From NCBI RefSeq assembly GCF_009914755.1, contig NC_060928.1: a stretch of 64,000 nt of DNA. One strand, given 5' to 3'. The notes beneath the pieces are model-generated. The model was given only the letters and a program-made list of their open reading frames with translations. It had not been told where the DNA came from and ran no database searches. The position numbers were made by a program, and so were the translations under genes. The stretch's first letter is position 1. Each line of letters begins with the position of its first letter. The stretch comes from the human T2T-CHM13v2.0 reference genome, Homo sapiens. Of the stretch, positions 1 to 13,460 are shown one piece after another.

Positions 1-1479
1 TTTTAGTCCAACAATATTTAAATGTTTGATATGTACTTTATATTTTAACATACTTGAGAAATGTATAACTGCACCAGGAATATCTAACTTTCCTCATATG
101 TGTATCTTTGGATATGGCCTATTCAAAATGCTAAACCAGAAGACTGATTAATTGTCTGTAATATACAAATTTGAGGACTTACATTTATGGAATTTTAGAC
201 AACTCATAAAAAAACTGACAGAAAAAAAAGGTTAGGAATGGATAATTCATACTTACAAATATATCCAAATGGCTAGAGCGCATGTGATTAGATACTCTGA
301 TGAAAATTAAAGGGAAGTGGGATATTACTTATTCCTCATGTATATCAGGATGTTTCAAAGAAGTGTTTGTGAGGTGGAGGTAGAGATGTTTTTGTAGAAA
401 TATGTATGGCAGCACATAATTCCTACTAATTTGTCTCTTAACTATTTAATTTAGCAGATAAGTATATGAAATATACACATTATTTTATAGTTTGTACCTA
501 GACATCATTCATTGCATGACTCTCTCTTTAAAGGCATAAATGACTGTAACCCCTGGGAGCCTTCACTTGAGAGGTAAAGCACTTCATCCTAATATACAAA
601 GAACAGTTGAAGCCTGCCTAATATAAAGGACAGCCAAATTTTCATTCATTTAACCTATAAATACAACGGGCTTTCCCATGCAACTGTGAACTATTTGAAA
701 GAACATATTTTTACTGTAGCTGACGTGAGAAAATAAGAAGCAAAAGAAATAAGATATTTCTGAGCTTTCTCAAAAGGAGTATTTCAGAAACTATTTACTT
801 TTTGCTTTAAAGCTTAGTTTGGATTTAAACTTCTCAAATGAAAATCGAAACTGAGAGGAGACTAATTTTATGCTTCTTTGAAAAATGTTGCCAATGATAG
901 TTATAACTTTTTGAAAAACGTGTAGATGCTTGAAATTGAATGGCCGTTTATTATACTCTACCTTGAAGGAGTTCAAAATTTGGGACTAAATTTCATTGTT
1001 TCAGTTTAAATTCCAGAAATCTGTTTTTAAATGATATTATCTTAATTTCACAAAAATAAATATGGATTTAGCTTGTAACCTCAAATTATTTACTGATCAA
1101 TTATTGAATATCATTCATTACAGTAAAATTTTAGTCATTGTCCCACATTTGTGTTCAAGGTTACAAGGTATTCTTTTTTTATGAAACTTCAGTTATTAAA
1201 ATTATCAAGTTAAATCCACTTATACTTTTAAAGAAAATCATAACTCAAAAACTGAAACTCTTGATACTGCATTAATAACAAAATTTTAGGTGTCTGAGTT
1301 TTTATTTAATGTATTCTCATAATAGCATTTGGATACTGATATGGCTCCTAAATATTGGTCCCCCTGGAATTAAAAATATGCACTTTGGGTAAAGTTCAAA
1401 TGTGCTAATGACCAAGAATATTCTATGCACTTTGGGACATGTTGCGCCATCCATTGATGCAGATTTTTCCCTACCACTT

Positions 1480-2900
1480 CCCTACCACATTCTAAATTTT
1501 TGAACCAATTACTTCCTGTGTCTTCAGAATTTTATTTCTCTCTCTTTGGTTCTCTTTTTAAGGTCCTCTGCCAGCTGCTCACCATCTTCCCATTTCATAA
1601 GTGTTTGTGGTCTGGTATGATTAATTGTGTCTTCTTTTCTTGAAATTACTGATGGACCTCTTCTAACATATACTTCTTTTTACAGGATTAATCATGTTCT
1701 ATGTGGTGATTATTCTCTAACTTACATCTCCAGTGCACCTTGCTTTCCAGAACCCCAGACCCTAGAGCCTAAGCATATCTACACTAGAAATCCATAGGTA
1801 AAATAGGCAAATATCTAAACTGCATAAGTTTATTTGTGTGTTTTCTCAACCCTGGCCCCTTCTGTTTCTTAGTAATGTGAATTGATTCACATGCAGCCAA
1901 AGCTACTAGTGTTGGTATTACATTTGACCCCTTTTTTTTCCTCAGGCCCAATATCTAAACAATATTTACCAAGTACTGTAAATTACATATCTGTGGAGTT
2001 ATTTTGATAAATACTACCACTGCTATAGTCCGTATTCTATGTCTGTACCCTTTTATTAATAGCAGAATGCAGTAGGAGAAAAGCATGAAGCCACACTAAA
2101 GAATTTTGTCTTAAATTCATGGCTACAAACATTAAATGGACCTTTTAAACTGTGCAGCATCCATAGAAGAACTTGTCAGTCCTCAAACCATACCACCCTC
2201 TTATGTGGTTATTTTATACTTTCTCCTCTCTCCTCAAACCACATCAACTGCTCCAGCTCTGTTATTACCTGATGGCTTTGCTTCCCACTTCATTAAGAAT
2301 GTTGCATCCACGAAATCTTGCAGACTCTCATAACCACAACCATCCAATTACCAACATAGGCAAACACTACCTCTGCCTTTGACCTTGGATGAAATTTCCA
2401 TGATGTGGTGATAAAATATCTCTTCTTGTGAATGAGACCCAATCCTTTCTTGTCTGCCTAAACATATTACTTTGAAATTTCTCTACTCTCTTGTCTACAA
2501 TATCAAATTTTCACTCTCTACCATATCACCCCATCATTTTCGTGCAAGCATGTAAGTTTCTCCTGATAATCTTCTGTCAATTACTGTCCATTTTTTTCTG
2601 GCTACACTAGATAGCAAAACTTTGTGGGTGAGTCCTTTATACTCTCTGCCTCACATTCCACTCCTCCCATGCCTTCTGAAACCCAATTTACTTCATCATT
2701 CTATAAAAACTGCTCTTTTCAAGGGCAGCAATAACCTCTATTTTGGAAAATTCAATAGTCAATTTTCAGTTCACATATTGTTTGAGCTAAAAGCAGCACT
2801 CCCTCCTCTTTGATCCATTTCTCCACGTGGCTTCACTTTGTCTAACTGTTCACTCTATCTCAGTCTCATTTATGGATTCTCCCCTTCTCCCAGCTTTTTA
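1480..2900 (+). mobile_element. Highly diverged LINE-2 fragments
   Basis: Pyrimidine-rich L2-like tracts, e.g. 'aaaactgctcttttcaagggcagcaataacctc' and 'tcacatattgtttgagctaaaagcagcact'. Boundaries approximate. Confidence 0.55.
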
Positions 2901-4079
2901 GTGCTTTTGTGCATATTGTTTTGAAAATATATGTATAGTTTTTTTCTAATCTGCTAATATGATAAGGCATTTCCATGTAGCATGCTGTGATGATTTATCT
3001 GTATAATTAACATGTTCAAAGTGACATAGCCATTTATTAGATGAAAACCTGTCTAAGTTAATGAAGAATTTAAAAACTAAATGTTGTCTTAGAAAAGGAA
3101 TTCCTGTGACTTTCTCTCATTGCCCTAAATAACAAGCTGAACATGTAGCATTGTAATCATGGAATCTTTTGAATTCCCTCCATTTACACATCAAAGTCTT
3201 TCAACAAAATAGATAGCATGGTGAAAATGAAAACAAATTTTTTTCAGTATAGACTGGAATTTTTTCATAAATTAGAGTTTGAATACCTTGCTTTTTCTCA
3301 CCAAGTTTTTCAAAGCTTCTTCAACAATAAAATAATGTTCTCAGAATGTTTTCATTGTACCCACTCCTAACGTGCTATTTCTGTATGCCACTGAACATCA
3401 TTTAATGGGTATTTATATACTTTTATTTAAAAATGTATTTCTTCTTGATATTTATATTTGAAGATAAAACATAAAATTTATTCAGTTCACTAGTCTTCAT
3501 GATATTATTCAGAGATATGTTCTACCCATAAAAATTTGAGGTAAATATTTCTCAATATTTCAACAAGTCACTGCTAAAATGCTGAGACGTTCTGTTTGCA
3601 ATGCAATTCCTGATGCTTGTCAGACTTAATAAATCCCCATTAGTTAAGAATACAGCACTTGGTGAAATTGTTTCCATTTGCAAAAGTCTTTCAGGAAATG
3701 TAAAATATTTCAGTCATTTTGGCTATTTTCAGTTATCTCGGCTAACATTCTCTGAGAAAAGGGATTCATTAAGACATTTGACTGGATTTTCGTATTCTTT
3801 ATTTGCAAGATCTAACCTATAAATCTTATACCTGCAATCTCCAGATACTTTTCATATAATGCAGAAACCTAGTACTTCCCGAGATTTTGCAGCAACTCCA
3901 TAGGGCACTTTTACAGAAATCCTCTAATGAGGAGCTTCCTGGTGGTGAGTTGCTGGTGATGCAACAGACTGCACCTCACACACCTCAGAGCACCACACTC
4001 AGCAGGCAAAGCCTCTGGACCACACCTGCCCTTCCATTTCCTCCCTGCCTTTTAAAGGTGACTACTGACAGAGGAACCC

Positions 4080-5710
4080 TGGATATCTCTGATCTTTTAA
4101 TGCTGAAGTGTCTTTTGTCTCAGTCTTTTTTTCCCTTTATTTCCTTAGTTAATCTCATCCAGTCCCATAGCTTTAATACGTGTGCTGACAAAACTCCCAA
4201 ATTTATATCTCTGCCAAGATGCCTCACTAGAACTACATACTCATATCAAACTGACTACTTGACATGTCTTACAATGTGAAGTGACATCCAAATTTATCAT
4301 ATACAAAAGTAACCCCAAGTTTTTTCCCCAAAACTTATCCACATGCCACCGTACTGATTTGGGATTACAATTTATTTGGTATCAGCAATTTTTCAGTTGC
4401 CCAGGCAATGGGGGCCATCCTTGACTATTGTGTGTCATACCATTGTCCAATACATCAGAAATTCCTGATGTCTCTAACTTGAAAATATATGTGTTATTTA
4501 ATCATTGTTAATTACCTCTGTTGTTATCACTCTGCATCTACTCTGACAGGGGTCAGTATAATAGCTTCTTAACCAGGCTTTCTGCTGCTACACCTGCCTT
4601 CTTACAGTTTTTTTCCCCCCTCAAAATAGTACTCAGTGATTCTTTTAAAGTAAATGTTTAAAAGAGTACACACTATGTTACTCCTGGGCTTAAAATTCTG
4701 CAATGAGGTCCTTTTGTACCAAGAGCAAAAGGTGAAGTCTTTGCAGGGGGCTACAAAGTCTTATCTTTCTCCTCCACTTGCTCCCCCACCACCAGGCTCC
4801 TGCTTGTTGTTCCTTGAACAATCTAGGCACGCTCACTCCCTGTGACTTTGCTCTGGCTGCTCGTTAGTTTTTTTTTGACAGTGCTTGTGGCTTTCCAACA
4901 GAATATGTAATGTATCATTTTATTATATTTATTTTCCTGTTACTGGAATGTAAGCTAAAAGAAAGCAAGGTTTTCTATGTGTTTTTCTCACTTATATGAC
5001 TACCTAGAACTTCACAAAGATGTGTGGAATGATTAAATAGACTATATTATATAGTATCTGCTTATGTCTAATAATCTTTCACTTGAAAAACTATAGAATT
5101 TGCAATGATAGTGATATTTATAAAATACAAATCTGAAGATATTATACTCTTTCTAAAAATATATTAATTATTTTCATCACCCGCCTTTAGGATAAAAATC
5201 AAATTTGAACTTGGGTTAAACAGTTCTTCAAGTCTGCTCTTGCCTCACTTCCCCAATATTATCTTTTATTATTCTCCATCACAAACTAAATAAATATACA
5301 GAATATTATTTTATTTCTTCCAGGTCACTAAGGTTTCTACTAATTCTAGGCCTTTGTACTAGCTGTTCACTTTTTCTACTACCTCTTCTGTTTTCCCTAG
5401 CGAGTTTTTCCTCATTCCTTATGTCAGAATGTGGAAGTTACCTCCAGGAAGTCCTTCCTACTCCAACAGATGAGGTGTCCTTCCTAAGTGCTCCAAGAGA
5501 GTCTTCTCTGTTGATGCAATGAATAATTGCATGTGGCATTGTGCTAATATTGTTTACTTGGCTCTCACCTCTCCTAGAACTAAGCTCTGTGAGAGCAGAG
5601 ACTCCAGATACCATTATCTATGCTGTATCCCGATTGTTTAGCATAGTTACCTTAACATTTAAGGCTCTAACTAATATTCCCTGAAAAAAATAAGTAATTG
5701 CATCAATAAA
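4080..5710 (+). mobile_element. LINE-2 3' region fragments (two 3' ends)
   Basis: L2 hallmarks 'aatctcatccagtcccatagctttaa', 'ctggaatgtaagct' and 'ctagaactaagctctgtgagagcagagact'. Confidence 0.7.
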
Positions 5711-6219
5711 TAAACCATCAATGAGCACACAAGTCTGCCACCATGGGTTTCTGCATTTTAATTGTGCTCATGTAGCACACAATCAGGCAGCTTGCAGGAA
5801 AATGCCAAGGTGATAGGATTCTTACCGAGTAGACTGTAAACACACTATGACCCAGCATCTTGCTATATTTACATTAGCAGAATATTTTGTATAATTTTTG
5901 TTACTCTACATAGAATATTGATTTTGACTTGCCAACAGAATATATAATGTATCATTACATGTTTTTAATTGTATTGTTGTATCAAAGACATGCTTTTAAT
6001 TAGGGGTATGTAACTCATTTAACAGAAAAGCAAAAGTTATTTCAATTGCTTTTTTGAAGTGTTATTACATCGTGTGTAAACATTAACTAAAATTTGATTA
6101 CAAATTCTATTATAACTTCGATTTAATTTTTTAATAAAAATTTTAAGTATTCTTTAAAAATGTTTTTTTTTCAAATATGACTCGTTTATTTTATGGCATT
6201 TGTGTTGTGTTGCTTCAGG

Positions 6220-6460
6220 CAATACTGTGTGGTGAGTCCAAACATCGACTCTGGAGTCACATTCTCTGGATTAGAAATTGCTTCTTATCAGCCCCATGGC
6301 CTTGAACAATATGCATACAATCCTTGTGTGTTCATTCTTCATCCAAGAAATGCAAGTGATGACAGTACCTACTTCATGAAGTTGACATTAATATTGAATA
6401 TATTCATACAATGTATACATAGCAAGCATGGAATGAGTGTTGACTATTATAAATGTTACT
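6220..6460 (+). mobile_element. MIR SINE
   Basis: 'gactctggagtcac...ggccttgaacaa...cagtacctacttcatgaagttg' follows the MIR core layout. Confidence 0.65.
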
Positions 6461-7239
6461 TATATTTCAATTAGATTTATAAAACATATTGGCTTTTGGT
6501 ATGGAGAGTGCAAGAGTAGTGAAATATTAATGTGCATGCCTCAGGATGTTTTAAATAATCAATGATTTTAACAATGCCTTGTGAATACTTATTCTTATAA
6601 CTATTCTTGGAAATACTTTAATAAAACAAGGAAATGATGTTAGAGAAAGGAAATTTAGTCATTTCCAACTGGGAATTCGTGACCGGGGCCATTTCTATAC
6701 TAACTTTGAAGAAGAAATTAACCAAATTGAGATTCTCCTTAGATTCTGAAAGTGAGAACCCCCTGAGGGACAAAGCACAAATTCCTTCACTGAGAGACCA
6801 GATACCATCTCTTTATCCCTCCCTGGATGAAGACCAAGGACTGTGGCCTCTCCAGGTGGCTGAGATTTTTTATAGAAGAGTCCATGGCACCATGACCACT
6901 CTTTCAATCTCCAGAAGCCAATTTGGCCTTCTCTTAAGACTTTTCCTATCAGTTATTAAAAAAATAATAATAATACAGACCTACACCCCCACCCCGCATC
7001 CACACACATACACACACACAGGGATTGCTGGGTTCATTATTTTGACTGATTTTACTGCTTAGTATTTAAGGTGAATGGTCTCATACAGGTTAGGATAATG
7101 CTTTAAAATCTTAGAGATTGTTGAAAGGAATTAATTTTTATTCACCAGTGAATGAAAGCTATCTTTTGTACATTCATTATATGTATCTTCCTCATTTTAA
7201 AACAACATGAAGTTCTTGATGTAGTAAGCAGCTCATTTT

Positions 7240-7364
7240 GGCTGGGCACAGTCGTTCATGCTTGTATTCCCAACACTTCAGGAGGCACAGGAGGGTGGAT
7301 CGCTTGAGCTCAGGAGTTTGAGAGCAACCTGGGCAACACGGCGAAACTGCATCGCTCCAAGAAA

Positions 7365-7407
<43 letters not shown>

Positions 7408-7596
7408 CAATAAAAATAAAAACAGCCAGACACAATGGTGCATGCCTGTAGTCTCAAGCTATTTGGAAGGCTGTGGGAGAATCAGATCTCCTGAGCCTAG
7501 CCATTTGGGGCTGCGGTGAACTGAGATTACACCACTACTGCACTCCAGCCTGTGCAGCTAGACCTTGTTTCAAAACAAAGAAACAAACAAAAAACC
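7240..7596 (+). mobile_element. Old Alu (AluJ-like) with (AAT)13 expansion in the middle A-rich linker
   Basis: Starts 'ggctgggcacagtcgttcatgcttgtattcccaacactt'. AluJ-type 'gatcgcttgagctcaggagtttgag'. Short TSD 'ctcatttt' at 7232-7239 and 7597-7604. Confidence 0.92.
7365..7403. repeat. (AAT)13 microsatellite
   Basis: Read directly. Confidence 0.95.
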
Positions 7597-9115
7597 CTCA
7601 TTTTTACACTGAGTATCACTAAATCAATGTATATCAAGACTTATATAAAATGTGAATTTTGGATGCTATTAGATTTATTTAGTTTCAGCTATTTGATATA
7701 TGAAAAATAGTTTTTAAATATTTCAACATTGATGAGGTTGAAATTGTCTTATATGTATGACAGAATAAACCCCTCATCACTGTGAATATTTACAGCAATC
7801 TTCCTTTTTCCAGCTTGCCTCATTAATTCTCCCCTGTTTGCACCCACTTTTCTTTGCAGCTCCACCTTTCCTGTCACCCTGACATACCTCTGCCTGAGGA
7901 CCATTTTCCAAATCTTCCAACGAGTATACTTTGTGTTAGATAAGAGTTTGAGGTATTATAACATTGTTTTAATAAGGTAAAAGACGAAGGAAATAAAGGG
8001 ACTGAATTTCAGAGTTGAAAGAAAAGGGGGGAAGGCTGAACTCCAAGTGCAAAAGCAATTATGTACTATCACATCAGTAGAAAGACAAAGGGGGAATACA
8101 GTCCTGATATTAGAATATTGAAAGAAAATATTTCTGCATTTTTGTCATTTCAGACAGGGATGCAGACAAAGACAGAAGCATAGGCAGAATTACCAAGTGT
8201 GTTGAAAATAGATGGAAGGAAAAATTAAATTTTTTTTTAATGCTGCTGCAGACAAAGGGTTAGGATCATTTTCCAGATGTTCTCAAAATACAAATAAAGG
8301 CTTAGAGCATATTTTAGGTTGTTACAGTTGGTATATTTTTTTATGTTGTACATATTTTATTTTCTTGAAATCTTGAATGCAGAGGGACTAGGTCATCTCA
8401 TTATTCAGCTAATGAAGCTTTATTATTATCAGTTAGTACAGGACCCCATTCATGGGGTGTATTTATATAATTATTTTAACCACAAAATAAAATATGTGTG
8501 TTTATATACTTATTTTAACCACAACACTCACTTTTGTCACAATGCAGCCAATATATTATTTGATGTGTAACTTTGACAATCCTTATGAAATATGTACTGA
8601 TGTTTTATATATGCATTTTAAGTATATGAATCATATTTTTTCTCACATGATCTGTGATAATTACTATTTCCCCCAAATCCAATGCACACTGATACTTTGT
8701 AAGATGAAAATAATAATTTAAATAAGGAAGTTATAAAAATGCATATTATGAGATATACGTATGAAAATACATTTTAGTAAACACTATAAGACAAACATAG
8801 CATAAGGAAAAAAGTCTAGAACTGCAGATGTTTATTGAAAGTGAAATTATGAGTGAAGTATTAACTCCCCATATTATATCCCTGTATACATACTTTGGAT
8901 AGACAGCATGTATTTCAATTTCTTATTTGTTTTCCTCACTTTTCTTATTTCTCCTATCTGTTTTCTTTGTAATTTTTTTTTATTTTTAAGATGGATTTTT
9001 TTTACTTCAGTTTCTTTGCTGAGTTTGAACCCAATTCAATGCATTTCTATTTTTGTTCATTTCTGTTTTTATGTTTTAAATTTCTTATTCTGGATGTTTA
9101 TATCAGCTGAAATGT

Positions 9116-9491
9116 TGTATTAGTCTGTTTTCATACTGTATAAATACCTGAGACTGGGTAATTTATAAAGAAGCTTAATTTACTCACGGTTCCACACGGC
9201 TTGCGAAGCCTCAGGAAACTTACAATCATGGTGGAAGGCGAAGGGGAAGCTAGCACCTTCTTCACAAGGTGGCAGGAGAGAAAAGAGCAAAGAAGGAACT
9301 TCCAAACACTTATAAAATCATCACATCTCGTGAGAACTCACTCACTCTCCTGAGAACAGCATGGGGGACACTGCCCCTGTGATCCAATCACCTCTCTCCC
9401 TCCACATGTGGGGATTCAGGTCTCTCCCTGGACACATGGGGATTACAATTTGAGGGAGATTTGGGTGAGGACACAGCGCCAAATCATATCA
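9116..9491 (-). mobile_element. MaLR solo LTR (MSTA/THE1D-like)
   Basis: TG...CA ends ('tgtattagtctg...aaatcatatca'). Internal 'tctcgtgagaactcactcac...gagaacagcatggggga'. Near-TSD aatgt/aatat. Confidence 0.9.
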
Positions 9492-10689
9492 AATATTACA
9501 ACTTATATTTTCTGATTTCTTCTTACAGTACGCTGCTATGGAGGTTTTTTGGAGGGGTTTTTCTTTGTTCGTTTGTTTGCTTTCTCTCCCTATCCCTTTG
9601 GGGGACAAATTATGATGTTTAAGAGGATCATTTTTTTTCAGTATAGCAGAGTACAATTTTTCATTGGACAGCTTTGGTGGTAGAGAAATGGTTGGATCAG
9701 CCTAGTTTCTGAGTCTTTTACATTTCTGCGGGGTCCTTAATTTTTCCCTATTAGTGCCTTCATTTCCTTCACTGCCATTTACATGATTATTCCCCATAAT
9801 CAGTGCTTCCATCCAACTGCCCCTACAGTCCAGCACACTTTTAAGCACTTTTCTTGAACACTACAAGGTCACAATTATACTAATTTCAGCAATTAGTCTT
9901 GAACTTTTTTGTTTTAGACAAAAATTTTTCTGTTCTTCTCAATTTACTCTCCAAACACCCCTCCCTTTCTTTTTGTTAACGAGTGCCATAAGCCTTCTCT
10001 TTCCCTTCTGCCTTATAGGAATAGATAGTGGGAATTACCTTGGAATTTGGAGGTCTTTTCTTCACATAGGGACAATTTGAAGTTTTTGGTATTCTCTGTC
10101 TCCTAGTGAGGTTGAAGTGATAAACTATGGATGATGTTGTTTATACTATTCCTTGATTTTAATATTTTGAGGATGGATCCACGGAGACAGTTTGATTTAA
10201 GAACGAGCTATTAACTTTTAGAAATTATTTTCAATACTATGTATGTCAATATTTAAAGATCTTATTGTGATAAGTTCACTTCTTACTTGATAAAATATGC
10301 AATATAGGCTGGATTAATGGCAACATGACTCAGAAAGGATAATATATATCTAAATTATAGATCTGTTTTATTTTAATAACACCTTTAATAGAGAAAACCA
10401 AAAAGGTATATTGATGTGAATAAAAATTAGATTTTAAAGAAATGTAAGCAAGCTCATGATTTTTATATTTATTGACTATCCAAAATGAAGTATGTGATGC
10501 CATATTTTCAAAGTTAATTGGCAATCATTAATTTGTTGCTACTTCTAAAATATATTGTCTAAAGTAATAGCTAAAGTAAAAGACAATTTAACAAAATCAA
10601 GTGATATGTAGCACACATGAGAGTTAAATTTGTACTTATATGTGCATATATCATATTGAGGCTATGTACGCAAGATGATATAACAATAG

Positions 10690-10935
10690 CATCAAGACCT
10701 CAGGATCTGGAACCTGACTGCCTCAGTTTGACTCATGATAGTGCCATTACTTAGTTGTGTGACTTTGGACAAGTTATCAATCTCAGTTTTAACCTCAGTT
10801 TCCTCAATCATAAAATGTGGCTAATAATAGTACCTAGATCATGGAGTTATATAGGCAATAAAAAATGGATTAATACCTTTGAATCCTTCAAAAATAACTG
10901 AACTAGACTATGCAGTGAATATATATTAGCTAGTA
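10690..10935 (+). mobile_element. MIR SINE
   Basis: Core 'tgtgtgactttggacaagtta...cctcagtttcctcaatcataaaatgtggctaataatagtacct'. Confidence 0.85.
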
Positions 10936-12505
10936 ACTTTATATATGTACTGGCATTTGTTATACTACTGATACATTACACATGACATACATTAAAGGGA
11001 TTATTTCATTATATCTATTTTAAGCATTTCATACACTATATGACATACAGTATAAAAATGCAATCTATTCATTTATGACTAAATGTTTGTACATTACTGT
11101 TTTCTACATGAGCTCTTTTCTCTTGCAATTTTAAATCTTCTTGCTTACATTGTAACCCAAGTTTCTAGGTATCACTATTTTGTGACTATAAAACTTTACA
11201 AACCTGGAGAAAAACAATAGTTCCCTTCTCCATGCTGAGTCATGTTTGATATTGTGCATCACTCACAACTTTCTTATATCTCAGTTCTTTTGTAATGAAG
11301 CGTAAGTGTGATTTAATGTATTAGAAAATATTTCTGATATATCGAATGTCTAGTAAATAATACAAGAAAAATTATTCTGCCAAGTCAAATTGCTTCCACT
11401 ATTTTGAGATTTCCCTGAATACCATGTAGTCATCAACAAACATAATTACTTCATCCCAGAATTGTTTTATGCAGCGGGAACACAGCAGTAAGCAAGAGTC
11501 TCTGCTTAACTGTCAGACATCTTCACTAACCAAGCTATCTGAAATAGAATACTTTCCCAACTATTCATGAACTTTTTATTTTGTCTCATTTTCATTTATA
11601 AATATTATAACTAACAGAAAGTATAATATATATTTAAATGTTATAAATAAACAGAGCCTACAAAGCCTGTTTTATTCAATTCTCCTCAAGGTGTAAGTTG
11701 AAAAATAACATTAAATCATTTAGAACCTATTAAAATTATAACTATATATTGTTGATTGTGATGGAAAATTACTTCATTTGGGATTAGTTATACAATATTA
11801 TAGAATGAAGGGTATCTTTTAGAAAGAAAAATACTTACAGATTTAATTAAAATACTAAATTAAGATAGAAGCAAAGTTATAATCATGAAATTAAATTGAA
11901 GAGACTAAATTAGAATACACTGTAATGTATTTTTGCTTCAAATTATATACTGCATATTTGATATGTAAAGGAGCATCAGGTATCACTTCATTTATAAACT
12001 GTAAAATGTAAGGACTTAATTTTTTCAAAAACAATACTTCTTTCTATATGTAATCTACTGTCTTTAAATTTCTATTATAGTTAGTGTGCCTTTTTTAGTA
12101 GTGTTTATGTTCTACTTAAGTGTTCGTGCCCAGTGTACTAAAATGTTTTACTTATCAATTGTTCTTTTTTATCACTAGTCTATAAGATGGTTTTACAATG
12201 TGGTACTAAATTGTCAAGCATATAAGCAATTTATTTTCACAGATAATATTCTTAGATCTTAGAAGATGCAAAACATCGTTTTTTTTTATTTTTGAAAATG
12301 CAGTTTTGAGCAAAACATGCATTTAAGATCTATGTCCTAGAAGTGTGATCCTGTTATCATTATACCTCTGGATTGAGAATGTAGAAAATAATACAGGGGA
12401 AAGACTGTTTCGTTAAGAATGAAAACTTCCATTAGTTGTATGTTTCTGGAAATAAATCAGCAAACCTATTCAGCTACAGTTTCCACACCAATAAAAAACT
12501 AATGG

Positions 12506-12894
12506 TGCCTTACTCCATTTTGTGCTATTATAACACAATATCTGAGACCAAATAATTTATGAAGAACATAAATTTATTTTTTTCACAGTTCTGGAGGCTG
12601 GATGTCCAAGATCTAGGCACCAGTAAGATCTGTTGTCTGGCAAAGGCTACTCTCTGCTTCCAACATTATGCCTTCTTGCTATATTTTCCGGAAGACAAGA
12701 ACACTGTGTCCTCATCTGGCTTCACATAGCTTCAGACACAAGAAAATCTAATGTTGCATGAGCCCTCTTTTATGAGGGACTTAATCCTATCATGAGGGAA
12801 GGAGCTCTTATGACTCAATCACCTCTTAATACCATCACAATGGTCATTAAGTTTCAACACTAGATTTTGGAGGGGACAGAGTCAAACCATACCA
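12506..12894 (-). mobile_element. MaLR solo LTR (MLT1A/MSTC-like)
   Basis: 'aatttatttttttcacagttctggaggctggatgtccaagatc' and terminal 'gtttcaacactagattttggaggggacagagtcaaaccatacca'. Confidence 0.85.
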
Positions 12895-13272
12895 TGGCCA
12901 CTACTGATCCTCAAGTTTTACTTTTCTTTAGTAGTACAAGAAATTAGATGAATTGTGAAATTACCTTTACTTGCTTCCTGTATGTTCTGGTATTGGAGAA
13001 AATGAGTATTTTTTGCATAATTCTCTACCATTAATACATTTAACCTATGCAAGAGAATGTCCTGTATCTGAGACCAGATGAATATGCAATTAATCATTTC
13101 CTAGAAAAAAAAATTCAGGATAGATTTAAGAATGCAATACATTTTAAAACCTTAAGATTCAAAGTGGAAATTCTGAATAGAATTTCCACAAATTTAGAAT
13201 AATAATTAATTTACCATAATAAAACTCATGATAATGATAAAACTACTACAACAGTTTAAAAATTATTGATAC

Positions 13273-13460
13273 ATGGTGTGAGAGGAGGGAGAGAATCAGG
13301 AAAAATAACTAATGAGTACTAGGCTTAATATCTGAGTGATGAAATAATCGTACAGCAAACCCATATGATACAAGTTTACCTATGTAACGAACCTTCACAT
13401 ATACCCCTGAACTTAAAATACAAGCTAATAAACAAAAAAGTAAAACAAAACAAAACAAAA
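13273..13460 (+). mobile_element. Short L1 3' UTR end (older L1PA, ~PA13-16)
   Basis: 'aatcaggaaaaataactaatgagtactaggcttaata...caagtttacctatgtaac...cccctgaacttaaaata' followed by an A-rich tail. Confidence 0.85.

Noticed and set aside
791-976. 61-aa minus-strand ORF
   Set aside because: Non-ATG start, AT-biased composition and no recognisable homology.
3540-3830. Possible coding exon on either strand
   Set aside because: Frames are short, the peptides resemble nothing I recognise, and splice signals are weak.
7192-7443. ORF with a poly-tyrosine run
   Set aside because: It is a translation of the (AAT)13 repeat inside an Alu.
8319-9123. Hydrophobic F/Y/I/L-rich ORFs resembling membrane proteins
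   Set aside because: Compositional artefact of T-rich DNA, probably decayed antisense L1M.
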